NCBI RefSeq assembly: GCF_009914755.1 | Contig: NC_060942.1 | Length of the DNA stretch: 64,000 nt | Reading direction: 5' to 3' (one strand) | From: the human T2T-CHM13v2.0 reference genome, Homo sapiens | Shown here: positions 1-13,200 of the stretch, piece after piece | How the letters are laid out: the number at the start of each line of letters is the position of its first letter | Numbering within the stretch: the stretch's first letter is position 1 | The notes under the pieces: generated by a model | Seen by the model: the letters and a program-made list of their open reading frames with translations, nothing else | Told to the model about the DNA's origin: nothing | Database searches by the model: none | Program-made: the position numbers and the translations under genes

Positions 1-35
1 GTGTGTGAAAGTGGACATTTGGAGCGCTTTCCGGC

Positions 36-52
36 CTAAGGTGAAAAAGGAA
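36..52 (+). other. pJalpha-type (A-box) site in non-CENP-B monomers (m8 shown; equivalents in m2, m4, m6)
   Basis: CTAAGGTGAAAAAGGAA occupies the position homologous to the CENP-B box. Variants are CTATGTTGAAAAAGGAA (m2), CCATGTTGGAAAGGGAA (m4) and CTACGTTGGAAAAGGAA (m6). Confidence 0.75.
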
Positions 53-206
53 ATATCTTCCCATAAAAACTAGACAGAAGCATTCTCAGAAACTTACTCG
101 TGATGTGTTTCCTCAACTAAAGGAGTAGAACCTTTCTATTCATAGAGAAGTTTTGAAACGCTCTTTTTGTGGAATCTCCAAGTGGATATTTGGCTAGTTT
201 TGAGGA

Positions 207-223
207 TTTCGTTGGAAGCGGGA
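207..223 (+). promoter_or_regulatory. CENP-B box in m1 (repeats in each HOR)
   Basis: TTTCGTTGGAAGCGGGA matches nTTCGnnnnAnnCGGGn. Confidence 0.97.
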
Positions 224-544
224 ATTCATACAAATTGCAGACTGCAGCGTTCTGAGAAACATCTTTGTGATGTTTGTATTCAGGACACAGAGATGAACAT
301 TCCCTATCATAGAGCAGGTTGGAATCACTCCTTTTGTAGTATCTGGAAGTGGACATTTGGAGCGCTTTCAGGCCTATGTTGAAAAAGGAAATATCTTCCC
401 ATAACAACTAGACACAAGCATTCTCAGAAACTTGTTTGTGATGTGTGCCCTCTACTGACAGAGTTGAACCTTTCTTTTCATAGAGCAGTTTTGAAACACT
501 CTTTTTGTAGAATCCGCAAGAGGATATTTGCATAGCTTTGAGGA

Positions 545-561
545 TTTCGTGGGAAACGGGA
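545..561 (+). promoter_or_regulatory. CENP-B box in m3 (repeats in each HOR)
   Basis: TTTCGTGGGAAACGGGA keeps all nine core positions of nTTCGnnnnAnnCGGGn. Confidence 0.93.
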
Positions 562-886
562 TTGTCTTCAGGTAAAATCTAGACAGAAGCATTCTCAGAA
601 ACTTCTTTGGGATGTTTGCATTCAAGTCACAGAGTAGAACATTCCCTTTGGTAGAGCAGGTTTGAAACACTCTTTTTGTAGTATCTGGAAGTGGACATTT
701 GGAGCGCTTTCAGGCCCATGTTGGAAAGGGAAATATCTTCCCGTAACAACTAGGCAGAAGCATTCTCAGAAACTTATTTGAGATGTGTGTACTCAACTAA
801 GAGAATTGAACCACCGTTTTGAAGGAGCAGTTTTGAAACCCTCTTTTTCTGGAATCTGCAAGAGTATATTTGCCTAGCCTTGAGGA

Positions 887-903
887 TTTCGTTGGAAACG
901 GGA
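887..903 (+). promoter_or_regulatory. CENP-B box in m5 (repeats in each HOR)
   Basis: TTTCGTTGGAAACGGGA, canonical. Confidence 0.97.
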
Positions 904-1228
904 TTGTCTTCAGATAAAATCTAGACAGAAGCATTCTCAGAAACTTCTTTGGGATGTTTGCATTCAAGTCACAGAGTAGAACATTCCCTTTGGTAGAGCA
1001 GGTTTGAAACACTCTTTTTTTAGTATATGGAAGTGGACATTTGGAGCGCTTTCAGGCCTACGTTGGAAAAGGAAATATCTTCCCATAACAACTAGACAGA
1101 AGCATTCTCAGAAACTAGTTTGTGATGTGTGTCCTCAACTAACACAGTTGTACATTTCTTTAGACAGAACAGTTTTGAAACACTCTTTTTGTGGAATCTG
1201 CAAGTGGATATTGGGCTAGATTTGAGTA

Positions 1229-1245
1229 TTTCGTTGGAAACGGGA
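1229..1245 (+). promoter_or_regulatory. CENP-B box in m7 (repeats in each HOR)
   Basis: TTTCGTTGGAAACGGGA, canonical. Box spacing around the HOR is 338/342/342/338 bp. Confidence 0.97.
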
Positions 1246-4200
1246 TTACATATAAAAAGCAGTCAGCAGCATTCTCAGGAAGTTCTTTGTGATGATTGCA
1301 TTCAAGTCACAGAATTGAACATTCCCTTTCACAGAGCAGGTTTGAAACACTCTTTCTGTAGTGTGTGTAAGTGGACATTTGGAGCGCTTTCCGGCCTAAG
1401 GTGAAAAAGGACATATCTTCCCATAAAAACTAGACAGAAGCATTCTGAGAAACTTACTCGTGATGTGTGTCCTCAACTAAAGGAGTAGAACCTTTCTATT
1501 CATAGAGAAGTTTTGAAACGCTCTTTTTGTGGAATCTCCAAGTGGATATTTGGCTAGTGTTGAGGATTTCGTAGGAAGCGGGAATTCATCCAAATTGCAG
1601 ACTGCAGCGTTCTGAGAAACATCTTTGTGATGTTTGTATTCAGGACACAGACATGAACATTCCCTATCATAGAGCAGGTTGGAATCACTCCTTTTGTAGT
1701 ATCTGGAAGTGGACATTTGGAGCGCTTTCAGGCCTATGTTGAAAAAGGAAATATCTTCCCATAACAACTAGACACAAGCATTCTCAGAAACTTGTTTGTG
1801 ATGTGTGCCCTCTACTGACAGAGTTGAACCTTTCTTTTCATAGAGCAGTTTTGAAACACTCTTTTTGTAGAATCCGCAAGAGGATATTTGCATAGCTTTG
1901 AGGATTTCGTGGGAAACGGGATTGTCTTCAGGTAAAATCTAGACAGAAGCATTCTCAGAAACTTCTTTGGGATGTTTGCATTCAAGTCACAGAGTAGAAC
2001 ATTCCCTTTGGTAGAGCAGGTTTGAAACACTCTTTTTGTAGTATCTGGAAGTGGACATTTGGAGCGCTTTCAGGCCCATGTTGGAAAGGGAAATATCTTC
2101 CCGTAACAACTAGGCAGAAGCATTCTCAGAAACTTATTTGAGATGTGTGTACTCAACTAAGAGAATTGAACCACCGTTTTGAAGGAGCAGTTTTGAAACA
2201 CTCTTTTTCTGGAATCTGCAAGAGTATATTTTCCTAGCCTTGAGGATTTCGTTGGAAACGGGATTGTCTTCAGATAAAATCTAGACCGAAGCATTCTCAG
2301 AAACTTCTTTGGGATGTTTGCATTCAAGTCACAGAGTAGAACATTCCCTTTGGTAGAGCAGGTTTGAAACACTCTTTTTTTAGTATATGGAAGTGGACAT
2401 TTGGAGCGCTTTCAGGCCTACGTTGGAAAAGGAAATATCTTCCCATAACAACTAGACAGAAGCATTCTCAGAAACTAGTTTCTGATGTGTGTCCTCAACT
2501 AACACAGTTGTACATTTCTTTAGACAGAACAGTTTTGAAACACTCTTTTTGTGGAATCTGCAAGTGGATATTGGGCTAGATTTGAGGATTTCGTTGGAAA
2601 CGGGATTACATATAAAAAGCAGTCAGCAGCATTCTCAGAAAGTTCTTTGTGATGATTGCATTCAAGTCACAGAATTGAACATTCCCTTTCACAGAGCAGG
2701 TTTGAAACACTCTTTTTGTAGTGTGTGTAAGTGGACATTTGGAGTGCTTTCCGGCCTAAGGTGAAAAAGGACATATCTTCCCATGAAAACTAGACAGAAG
2801 CATTCTCAGAAACTTACTCGTGATGTGTGTCCTCAACTAAAGGAGTAGAACCTTTCTATTCATAGAGAAGTTTTGAAACGCTCTTTTTGTGGAATCTCCA
2901 AGTGGATATTTGGTTAGTTTTGAGGATTTCGTTGGAAGCGGGAATTCATACAAATTGCAGACTGCAGCGTTCTGAGAAACATCTTTGTGATGTTTGTATT
3001 CAAGACACAGAGATGAACATTCCCTATCATAGAGCATGTTGGAATCACTCCTTTTGTAGTATCTGGAAGTGGACATTTGGAGCGCTTTCAGGCCTATGTT
3101 GAAAAAGGAAATATCTTCCCATAACAACTAGACACAAGCGTTCTCAGAAACTTGTTTGTGATGTGTGCCCTCTACTGACAGAGTTGAACCTTTCTTTTCA
3201 TAGAGCAGTTTTGAAACACTCTTTTTGTAGAATCTGCAAGAGGATATTTGCATAGCTTTGAGGATTTCGTGGGAAACGGGATTGTCTTCAGGTAAAATCT
3301 AGACAGAAGCATTCTCAGAAACTTCTTTGGGATGTTTGCATTCAAGTCACAGAGTAGAACATTCCCTTTGGTAGAGCAGGTTTGAAACACTCTTTTTGTA
3401 GTATCTGGAAGTGGACATTTGGAGCGCTTTCAGGCCCATGTTGGAAAGGGAAATATCTTCCCGTAACAACTAGGCAGAAGCATTCTCAGAAACTTATTTG
3501 AGATGTGTGTACTCAACTAAGAGAATTGAACCACCGTTTTGAAGGAGCAGTTTTGAAACCCTCTTTTTCTGGAATCTGCAAGAGTATATTTGCCTAGCCT
3601 TGAGGATTTCGTTGGAAACGGGATTGTCTTCAGATAAAATCTAGACAGAAGCATTCTCAGAAACTTCTTTGGGATGTTTGCATTCAAGTCACAGAGTAGA
3701 ACATTCCCTTTGGTAGAGCAGGTTTGAAACACTCTTTTTTTAGTATATGGAAGTGGACATTTGGAGCGCTTTCAGGCCTACGTTGGAAAAGGAAATATCT
3801 TCCCATAACAACTAGACAGAAGCATTCTCAGAAACTAGTTTCTGATGTGTGTCCTCAACTAACACAGTTGTACATTTCTTTAGACAGAACAGTTTTGAAA
3901 CACTCTTTTTGTGGAATCTGCAAGTGGATATTGGGCTAGATTTGAGGATTTCGTTGGAAACGGGATTACATATAAAAAGCAGACAGCAGCATTCTCAGAA
4001 AGTTCTTTGTGATGATTGCATTCAAGTCACAGAATTGAACATTCCCTTTCACAGAGCAGGTTTGAAACACTCTTTTTGTAGTGTGTGTAAGTGGACATTT
4101 GGAGCGCTTTCCGGCCTAAGGTGAAAAAGGAAATATCTTCCCATAAAAACTAGACAGAAGCATTCTCAGAAACTTACTCGTGATGTGTGTCCTCAACTAA

Positions 4201-7200
4201 AGGAGTAGAACCTTTCTATTCATAGAGAAGTTTTGAAACGCTCTTTTTGTGGAATCTCCAAGTGGATATTTGGCTAGTTTTGAGGATTTCGTTGGAAGCG
4301 GGAATTCATACAAATTGCAGACTGCAGCGTTCTGAGAAACATCTTTGTGATGTTTGTATTCAGGACACAGAGATGAACATTCCCTATCATAGAGCAGGTT
4401 GGAATCACTCCTTTTGTAGTATCTGGAAGTGGACATTTGGAGCGCTTTCAGGCCTATGTTGAAAAAGGAAATATCTTCCCATAACAACTAGACACAAGCA
4501 TTCTCAGAAACTTGTTTGTGATGTGTGCCCTCTACTGACAGAGTTGAACCTTTCTTTTCATAGAGCAGTTTTGAAACACTCTTTTTGTAGAATCCGCAAG
4601 AGGATATTTGCATAGCTTTGAGGATTTCGTGGGAAACGGGATTGTCTTCAGGTAAAATCTAGACAGAAGCATTCTCAGAAACTTCTTTGGGATGTTTGCA
4701 TTCAAGTCACAGAGTAGAACATTCCCTTTGGTAGAGCAGGTTTGAAACACTCTTTTTGTAGTATCTGGAAGTGGACATTTGGAGCGCTTTCAGGCCCATG
4801 TTGGAAAGGGAAATATCTTCCCGTAACAACTAGGCAGAAGCATTCTCAGAAACTTATTTGAGATGTGTGTACTCAACTAAGAGAATTGAACCACCGTTTT
4901 GAAGGAGCAGTTTTGAAACCCTCTTTTTCTGGAATCTGCAAGAGTATATTTGCCTAGCCTTGAGGATTTCGTTGGAAACGGGATTGTCTTCAGATAAAAT
5001 CTAGACAGAAGCATTCTCAGAAACTTCTTTGGGATGTTTGCATTCAAGTCACAGAGTAGAACATTCCCTTTGGTAGAGCAGGTTTGAAACACTCTTTTTT
5101 TAGTATATGGAAGTGGACATTTGGAGCGCTTTCAGGCCTACGTTGGAAAAGGAAATATCTTCCCATAACAACTAGACAGAAGCATTCTCAGAAACTAGTT
5201 TCTGATGTGTGTCCTCAACTAACACAGTTGTACATTTCTTTAGACAGAACAGTTTTGAAACACTCTTTTTGTGGAATCTGCAAGTGGATATTGGGCTAGA
5301 TTTGAGGATTTCGTTGGAAACGGGATTACATATAAAAAGCAGTCAGCAGCATTCTCAGAAAGTTCTTTGTGATGATTGCATTCAAGTCACAGAATTGAAC
5401 ATTCCCTTTCACAGAGCAGGTTTGAAACACTCTTTTTGTAGTGTGTGTAAGTGGACATTTGGAGTGCTTTCCGGCCTAAGGTGAAAAAGGACATATCTTC
5501 CCATAAAAACTAGACAGAAGCATTCTCAGAAACTTACTCGTGATGTGTGTCCTCAACTAAAGGAGTAGAACCTTTCTATTCATAGAGAAGTTTTGAAACG
5601 CTCTTTTTGTGGAATCTCCAAGTGGATATTTGGTTAGTTTTGAGGATTTCGTTGGAAGCGGGAATTCATACAAATTGCAGACTGCAGCGTTCTGAGAAAC
5701 ATCTTTGTGATGTTTGTATTCAAGACACAGAGATGAACATTCCCTATCATAGAGCATGTTGGAATCACTCCTTTTGTAGTATCTGGAAGTGGACATTTGG
5801 AGCGCTTTCAGGCCTATGTTGAAAAAGGAAATATCTTCCCATAACAACTAGACACAAGCGTTCTCAGAAACTTGTTTGTGATGTGTGCCCTCTACTGACA
5901 GAGTTGAACCTTTCTTTTCATAGAGCAGTTTTGAAACACTCTTTTTGTAGAATCTGCAAGAGGATATTTGCATAGCTTTGAGGATTTCGTGGGAAACGGG
6001 ATTGTCTTCAGGTAAAATCTAGACAGAAGCATTGTCAGAAACTTCTTTGGGATGTTTGCATTCAAGTCACAGAGTAGAACATTCCCTTTGGTAGAGCAGG
6101 TTTGAAACACTCTTTTTGTAGTATCTGGAAGTGGACATTTGGAGCGCTTTCAGGCCCATGTTGGAAAGGGAAATATCTTCCCGTAACAACTAGGCAGAAG
6201 CATTCTCAGAAACTTATTTGAGATGTGTGTACTCAACTAAGAGAATTGAACCACCGTTTTGAAGGAGCAGTTTTGAAACCCTCTTTTTCTGGAATCTGCA
6301 AGAGTATATTTGCCTAGCCTTGAGGATTTCGTTGGAAACGGGATTGTCTTCAGATAAAATCTAGACAGAAGCATTCTCAGAAACTTCTTTGGGATGTTTG
6401 CATTCAAGTCACAGAGTAGAACATTCCCTTTGGTAGAGCAGGTTTGAAACACTCTTTTTTTAGTATATGGAAGTGGACATTTGGAGCGCTTTCAGGCCTA
6501 CGTTGGAAAAGGAAATATCTTCCCATAACAACTAGACAGAAGCATTCTCAGAAACTAGTTTCTGATGTGTGTCCTCAACTAACACAGTTGTACATTTCTT
6601 TAGACAGAACAGTTTTGAAACACTCTTTTTGTGGAATCTGCAAGTGGATATTGGGCTAGATTTGAGGATTTCGTTGGAAACGGGATTACATATAAAAAGC
6701 AGACAGCAGCATTCTCAGAAAGTTCTTTGTGATGATTGCATTCAAGTCACAGAATTGAACATTCCCTTTCACAGAGCAGGTTTGAAACACTCTTTTTGTA
6801 GTGTGTGTAAGTGGACATTTGGAGCGCTTTCCGGCCTAAGGTGAAAAAGGAAATATCTTCCCATAAAAACTAGACAGAAGCATTCTCAGAAACTTACTCG
6901 TGATGTGTGTCCTCAACTAAAGGAGTAGAACCTTTCTATTCATAGAGAAGTTTTGAAACGCTCTTTTTGTGGAATCTCCAAGTGGATATTTGGCTAGTTT
7001 TGAGGATTTCGTTGGAAGCGGGAATTCATACAAATTGCAGACTGCAGCGTTCTGAGAAACATCTTTGTGATGTTTGTATTCAGGACACAGAGATGAACAT
7101 TCCCTATCATAGAGCAGGTTGGAATCACTCCTTTTGTAGTATCTGGAAGTGGACATTTGGAGCGCTTTCAGGCCTATGTTGAAAAAGGAAATATCTTCCC

Positions 7201-10200
7201 ATAACAACTAGACACAAGCATTCTCAGAAACTTGTTTGTGATGTGTGCCCTCTACTGACAGAGTTGAACCTTTCTTTTCATAGAGCAGTTTTGAAACACT
7301 CTTTTTGTAGAATCCGCAAGAGGATATTTGCATAGCTTTGAGGATTTCGTGGGAAACGGGATTGTCTTCAGGTAAAATCTAGACAGAAGCATTCTCAGAA
7401 ACTTCTTTGGGATGTTTGCATTCAAGTCACAGAGTAGAACATTCCCTTTGGTAGAGCAGGTTTCAAACACTCTTTTTGTAGTATCTGGAAGTGGACATTT
7501 GGAGCGCTTTCAGGCCCATGTTGGAAAGGGAAATATCTTCCCGTAACAATTAGGCAGAAGCATTCTCAGAAACTTATTTGAGATGTGTGTACTCAACTAA
7601 GAGAATTGAACCACCGTTTTGAAGGAGCAGTTTTGAAACCCTCTTTTTCTGGAATCTGCAAGAGTATATTTGCCTAGCCTTGAGGATTTCGTTGGAAACG
7701 GGATTGTCTTCAGATAAAATCTAGACAGAAGCATTCTCAGAAACTTCTTTGGGATGTTTGCATTCAAGTCACAGAGTAGAACATTCCCTTTGGTAGAGCA
7801 GGTTTGAAACACTCTTTTTTTAGTATATGGAAGTGGACATTTGGAGCGCTTTCAGGCCTACGTTGGAAAAGGAAATATCTTCCCATAACAACTAGACAGA
7901 AGCATTCTCAGAAACTAGTTTCTGATGTGTGTCCTCAACTAACACAGTTGTACATTTCTTTATACAGAACAGTTTTGAAACACTCTTTTTGTGGAATCTG
8001 CAAGTGGATATTGGGCTAGATTTGAGGATTTCGTTGGAAACGGGATTACATATAAAAAGCAGACAGCAGCATTCTCAGAAAGTTCTTTGTGATGATTGCA
8101 TTCAAGTCACAGAATTGAACATTCCCTTTCACAGAGCAGGTTTGAAACACTCTTTTTGTAGTGTGTGTAAGTGGACATTTGGAGCGCTTTCCGGCCTAAG
8201 GTGAAAAAGGACATATCTTCCCATAAAAACTAGACAGAAGCATTCTCAGAAACTTACTCGTGATGTGTGTCCTCAACTAAAGGAGTAGAACCTTTCTATT
8301 CATAGAGAAGTTTTGAAACGCTCTTTTTGTGGAATCTCCAAGTGGATATTTGGCTAGTTTTGAGGATTTCGTTGGAAGCGGGAATTCCTACAAATTGCAG
8401 ACTGCAGCGTTCTGAGAAACATCTTTGTGATGTTTGTATTCAGGACACAGAGATGAACATTCCCTATCATAGAGCATGTTGGAATCACTCCTTTTGTAGT
8501 ATCTGGAAGTGGACATTTGGAGCGCTTTCAGGCCTATGTTGAAAAAGGAAATATCTTCCCATAACAACTAGACACAAGCATTCTCAGAAAGTTGTTTGTG
8601 ATGTGTGCCCTCTACTGACAGAGTTGAACCTTTCTTTTCATAGAGTAGTTTTGAAACACTCTTTTTGTAGAATCCGCAAGAGGATATTTGCATAGCTTTG
8701 AGGATTTCGTGGGAAACGGGATTGTCTTCAGGTAAAATCTAGACAGAAGCATTCTCAGAAACTTCTTTGGGATGTTTGCATTCAAGTCACAGAGTAGAAC
8801 ATTCCCTTTGGTAGAGCAGGTTTGAAACACTCTTTTTGTAGTATCTGGAAGTGGACATTTGGAGCGCTTTCAGGCCCATGTTGGAAAGGGAAATATCTTC
8901 CCGTAACAACTAGGCAGAAGCATTCTCAGAAACTTATTTGAGATGTGTGTACTCAACTAAGAGAATTGAACCACCGTTTTGAAGGAGCAGTTTTGAAACA
9001 CTCTTTTTCTGGAATCTGCAAGAGTATATTTGCCTAACCTTGAGGATTTCGTTGGAAACGGGATTGTCTTCAGATAAAATCTAGACAGAAGCATTCTCAG
9101 AAACTTCTTTGGGATGTTTGCATTCAAGTCACAGAGTAGAACATTCCCTTTGGTAGAGCAGGTTTGAAACACTCTTTTTTTAGTATATGGAAGTGGACAT
9201 TTGGAGCGCTTTCAGGCCTACGTTGGAAAAGGAAATATCTTCCCATAACAACTAGACAGAAGCATTCTCAGAAACTAGTTTCTGATGTGTGTCCTCAACT
9301 AACACAGTTGTACATTTCCTTAGACAGAACAGTTTTGAAACACTCTTTTTGTGGAATCTGCAAGTGGATATTGGGCTAGATTTGAGGATTTCGTTGGAAA
9401 CGGGATTACATATAAAAAGCAGTCAGCAGCATTCTCAGAAAGTTCTTTGTGATGATTGCATTCAAGTCACAGAATTGAACATTCCCTTTCACAGAGCAGG
9501 TTTGAAACACTCTTTTTGTAGTGTGTGTAAGTGGACATTTGGAGTGCTTTCCGGCCTAAGGTGAAAAAGGACATATCTTCCCATAAAAACTAGACAGAAG
9601 CATTCTCAGAAACTTACTCGTGATGTGTGTCCTCAACTAAAGGAGTAGAACCTTTCTATTCATAGAGAAGTTTTGAAACGCTCTTTTTGTGGAATCTCCA
9701 AGTGGTTATTTGGTTAGTTTTGAGGATTTCGTTGGAAGCGGGAATTCATACAAATTGCAGACTGCAGCGTTCTGAGAAACATCTTTGTGATGTTTGTATT
9801 CAAGACACAGAGATGAACATTCCCTATCATAGAGCATGTTGGAATCACTCCTTTTGTAGTATCTGGAAGTGGACATTTGGAGCGCTTTCAGGCCTATGTT
9901 GAAAAAGGAAATATCTTCCCATAACAACTAGACACAAGCATTCTCAGAAACTTGTTTGTGATGTGTGCCCTCTACTGACAGAGTTGAACCTTTCTTTTCA
10001 TAGAGCAGTTTTGAAACACTCTTTTTGTAGAATCCGCAAGAGGATATTTGCATAGCTTTGAGGATTTCGTGGGAAACGGGATTGTCTTCAGGTAAAATCT
10101 AGACAGAAGCATTCTCAGAAACTTCTTTGGGATGTTTGCATTCAAGTCACAGAGTAGAACATTCCCTTTGGTAGAGCAGGTTTGAAACACTCTTTTTGTA

Positions 10201-13200
10201 GTATCTGGAAGTGGACATTTGGAGCGCTTTCAGGCCCATGTTGGAAAGGGAAATATCTTCCCGTAACAACTAGGCAGAAGCATTCTCAGAAACTTATTTG
10301 AGATGTGTGTACTCAACTAAGAGAATTGAACCACCGTTTTGAAGGAGCAGTTTTGAAACCCTCTTTTTCTGGAATCTGCAAGAGTATATTTGCCTAGCCT
10401 TGAGGATTTCGTTGGAAACGGGATTGTCTTCAGATAAAATCTAGACAGAAGCATTCTCAGAAACTTCTTTGGGATGTTTGCATTCAAGTCACAGAGTAGA
10501 ACATTCCCTTTGGTAGAGCAGGTTTGAAACACTCTTTTTTTAGTATATGGAAGTGGACATTTGGAGCGCTTTCAGGCCTACGTTGGAAAAGGAAATATCT
10601 TCCCATAACAACTAGACAGAAGCATTCTCAGAAACTAGTTTCTGATATGTGTCCTCAACTAACACAGTTGAACTTTTCTTTAGACAGAACAGTTTTGAAA
10701 CACTCTTTTTGTGGAATCTGCAAGTGGATATTGGGCTAGATTTGAGGATTTCGTTGGAAACGGGATTACATATAAAAAACAGTCAGCAGCATTCTCAGAA
10801 AGTTCTTTGTGATGATTGCATTCAAGTCACAGAATTGAACATTCCCTTTCACAGAGCAGGTTTGAAACACTCTTTTTGTAGTGTGTGTAAGTGGACATTT
10901 GGAGCGCTTTCCGGCCTAAGGTGAAAAAGGACATATCTTCCCATAAAAACTAGAGAGAAGCATTCTCAGAAACTTACTCGTGATGTGTGTCCTCAACTAA
11001 AGGAGTAGAACCTTTCTATTCATAGAGAAGTTTTGAAACGCTCTTTTTGTGGAATCTCCAAGTGGATATTTGGCTAGTTTTGAGGATTTCGTTGGAAGCG
11101 GGAATTCATACAAATTGCAGACTGCAGCGTTCTGAGAAACATCTTTGTGATGTTTGTATTCAAGACACAGAGATGAACATTCCCTACCATAGAGCATGTT
11201 GGAATCACTCCTTTTGTAGTATCTGGAAGTGGACATTTGGAGCGCTTTCAGGCCTATGTTGAAAAAGGAAATATCTTCCCATAACAACTAGACACAAGCA
11301 TTCTTAGAAACTTGTTTGTGATGTGTGCCCTCTACTGACAGAGTTGAACCTTTCTTTTCATAGAGCAGTTTTGAAACACTCTTTTTGTAGAATCCGCAAG
11401 AGGATATTTGCATAACTTTGAGGATTTCGTGGGAAACGGGATTGTCTTCAGGTAAAATCTAGACAGAAGCATTCTCAGAAACTTCTTTGGGATGTTTGCA
11501 TTCAAGTCACAGAGTAGAACATTCCCTTTGGTAGAGCAGGTTTGAAACACTCTTTTTGTAGTATCTGGAAGTGGACATTTGGAGCGCTTTCAGGCCCATG
11601 TTGGAAAGGGAAATATCTTCCCGTAACAACTAGGCAGAATCATTCTCAGAAACTTATTTGAGATGTGTGTACTCAACTAAGAGAATTGAACCACCGTTTT
11701 GAAGGAGCAGTTTTGAAACCCTCTTTTTCTGGAATCTGCAAGAGTATATTTGCCTAGCCTTGAGGATTTCGTTGGAAACGGGATTGTCTTCAGATAAAAT
11801 CTAGACAGAAGCATTCTCAGAAACTTCTTTGGGATGTTTGCATTCAAGTCACAGAGTAGAACATTCCCTTTGGTAGAGCAGGTTTGAAACACTCTTTTTT
11901 TAGTATATGGAAGTGGACATTTGGAGCGCTTTCAGGCCTACGTTGGAAAAGGAAATATCTTCCCATAACAACTAGACAGAAGCATTCTCAGAAACTAGTT
12001 TCTGATGTGTGTCCTCAACTAACACAGTTGTACATTTCTTTAGACAGAACAGTTTTGAAACACTCTTTTTGTGGAATCTGCAAGTGGATATTGGGCTAGA
12101 TTTGAGGATTTCGTTGGAAACGGGATTACATATAAAAAGCAGACAGCAGCATTCTCAGAAAGTTCTTTGTGATGATTGCATTCAAGTCACAGAATTGAAC
12201 ATTCCCTTTCACAGAGCAGGTTTGAAACACTCTTTTTGTAGTGTGTGTAAGTGGACATTTGGAGCGCTTTCCGGCCTAAGGTGAAAAAGGAAATATCTTC
12301 CCATAAAAACTAGACAGAAACATTCTCAGAAACTTACTCGTGATGTGTGTCCTCAACTAAAGGAGTAGAACCTTTCTATTCATAGAGAAATTTTGAAACG
12401 CTCTTTTTGTGGAATCTCCAAGTGGATATTTGGCTAGTTTTGAGGATTTCGTTGGAAGCGGGAATTCATACAAATTGCAGACTGCAGCGTTCTGAGAAAC
12501 ATCTTTGTGATGTTTGTATTCAGGACACAGAGATGAACATTCCCTATCATAGAGCAGGTTGGAATCACTCCTTTTGTAGTATCTGGAAGTGGACATTTGG
12601 AGCGCTTTCAGGCCTATGTTGAAAAAGGAAATATCTTCCCATAACAACTAGACACAAGCATTCTCAGAAACTTGTTTGTGATGTGTGCCCTCTACTGACA
12701 GAGTTGAACCTTTCTTTTCATAGAGCAGTTTTGAAACACTCTTTTTGTAGAATCCGCAAGAGGATATTTGCATAGCTTTGAGGATTTCGTGGGAAACGGG
12801 ATTGTCTTCAGGTAAAATCTAGACAGAAGCATTCTCAGAAACTTCTTTGGGATGTTTGCATTCAAGTCACAGAGTAGAACATTCCCTTTGGTAGAGCAGG
12901 TTTGAAACACTCTTTTTGTAGTATCTGGAAGTGGACATTTGGAGCGCTTTCAGGCCCATGTTGGAAAGGGAAATATCTTCCCGTAACAACTAGGCAGAAG
13001 CATTCTCAGAAACTTATTTGAGATGTGTGTACTCAACTAAGAGAATTGAACCACCGTTTTGAAGGAGCAGTTTTGAAACCCTCTTTTTCTGGAATCTGCA
13101 AGAGTATATTTGCCTAGCCTTGAGGATTTCGTTGGAAACGGGATTGTCTTCAGATAAAATCTAGACAGAAGCATTCTCAGAAACTTCTTTGGGATGTTTG

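Larger units (their letters stand above)
81..1440 (+). repeat. Representative canonical 8-mer HOR unit (m1-m8)
   Basis: Monomer starts 81, 248, 419, 590, 761, 932, 1103, 1270; next unit starts at 1441; lengths sum to 1360. Confidence 0.97.

Noticed and set aside
728-742. Short dyad GGGAA-ATATC-TTCCC as a possible cruciform or terminator
   Set aside because: The stem is only 5 bp and is a generic alpha-satellite feature; there is no evidence of function from sequence alone.
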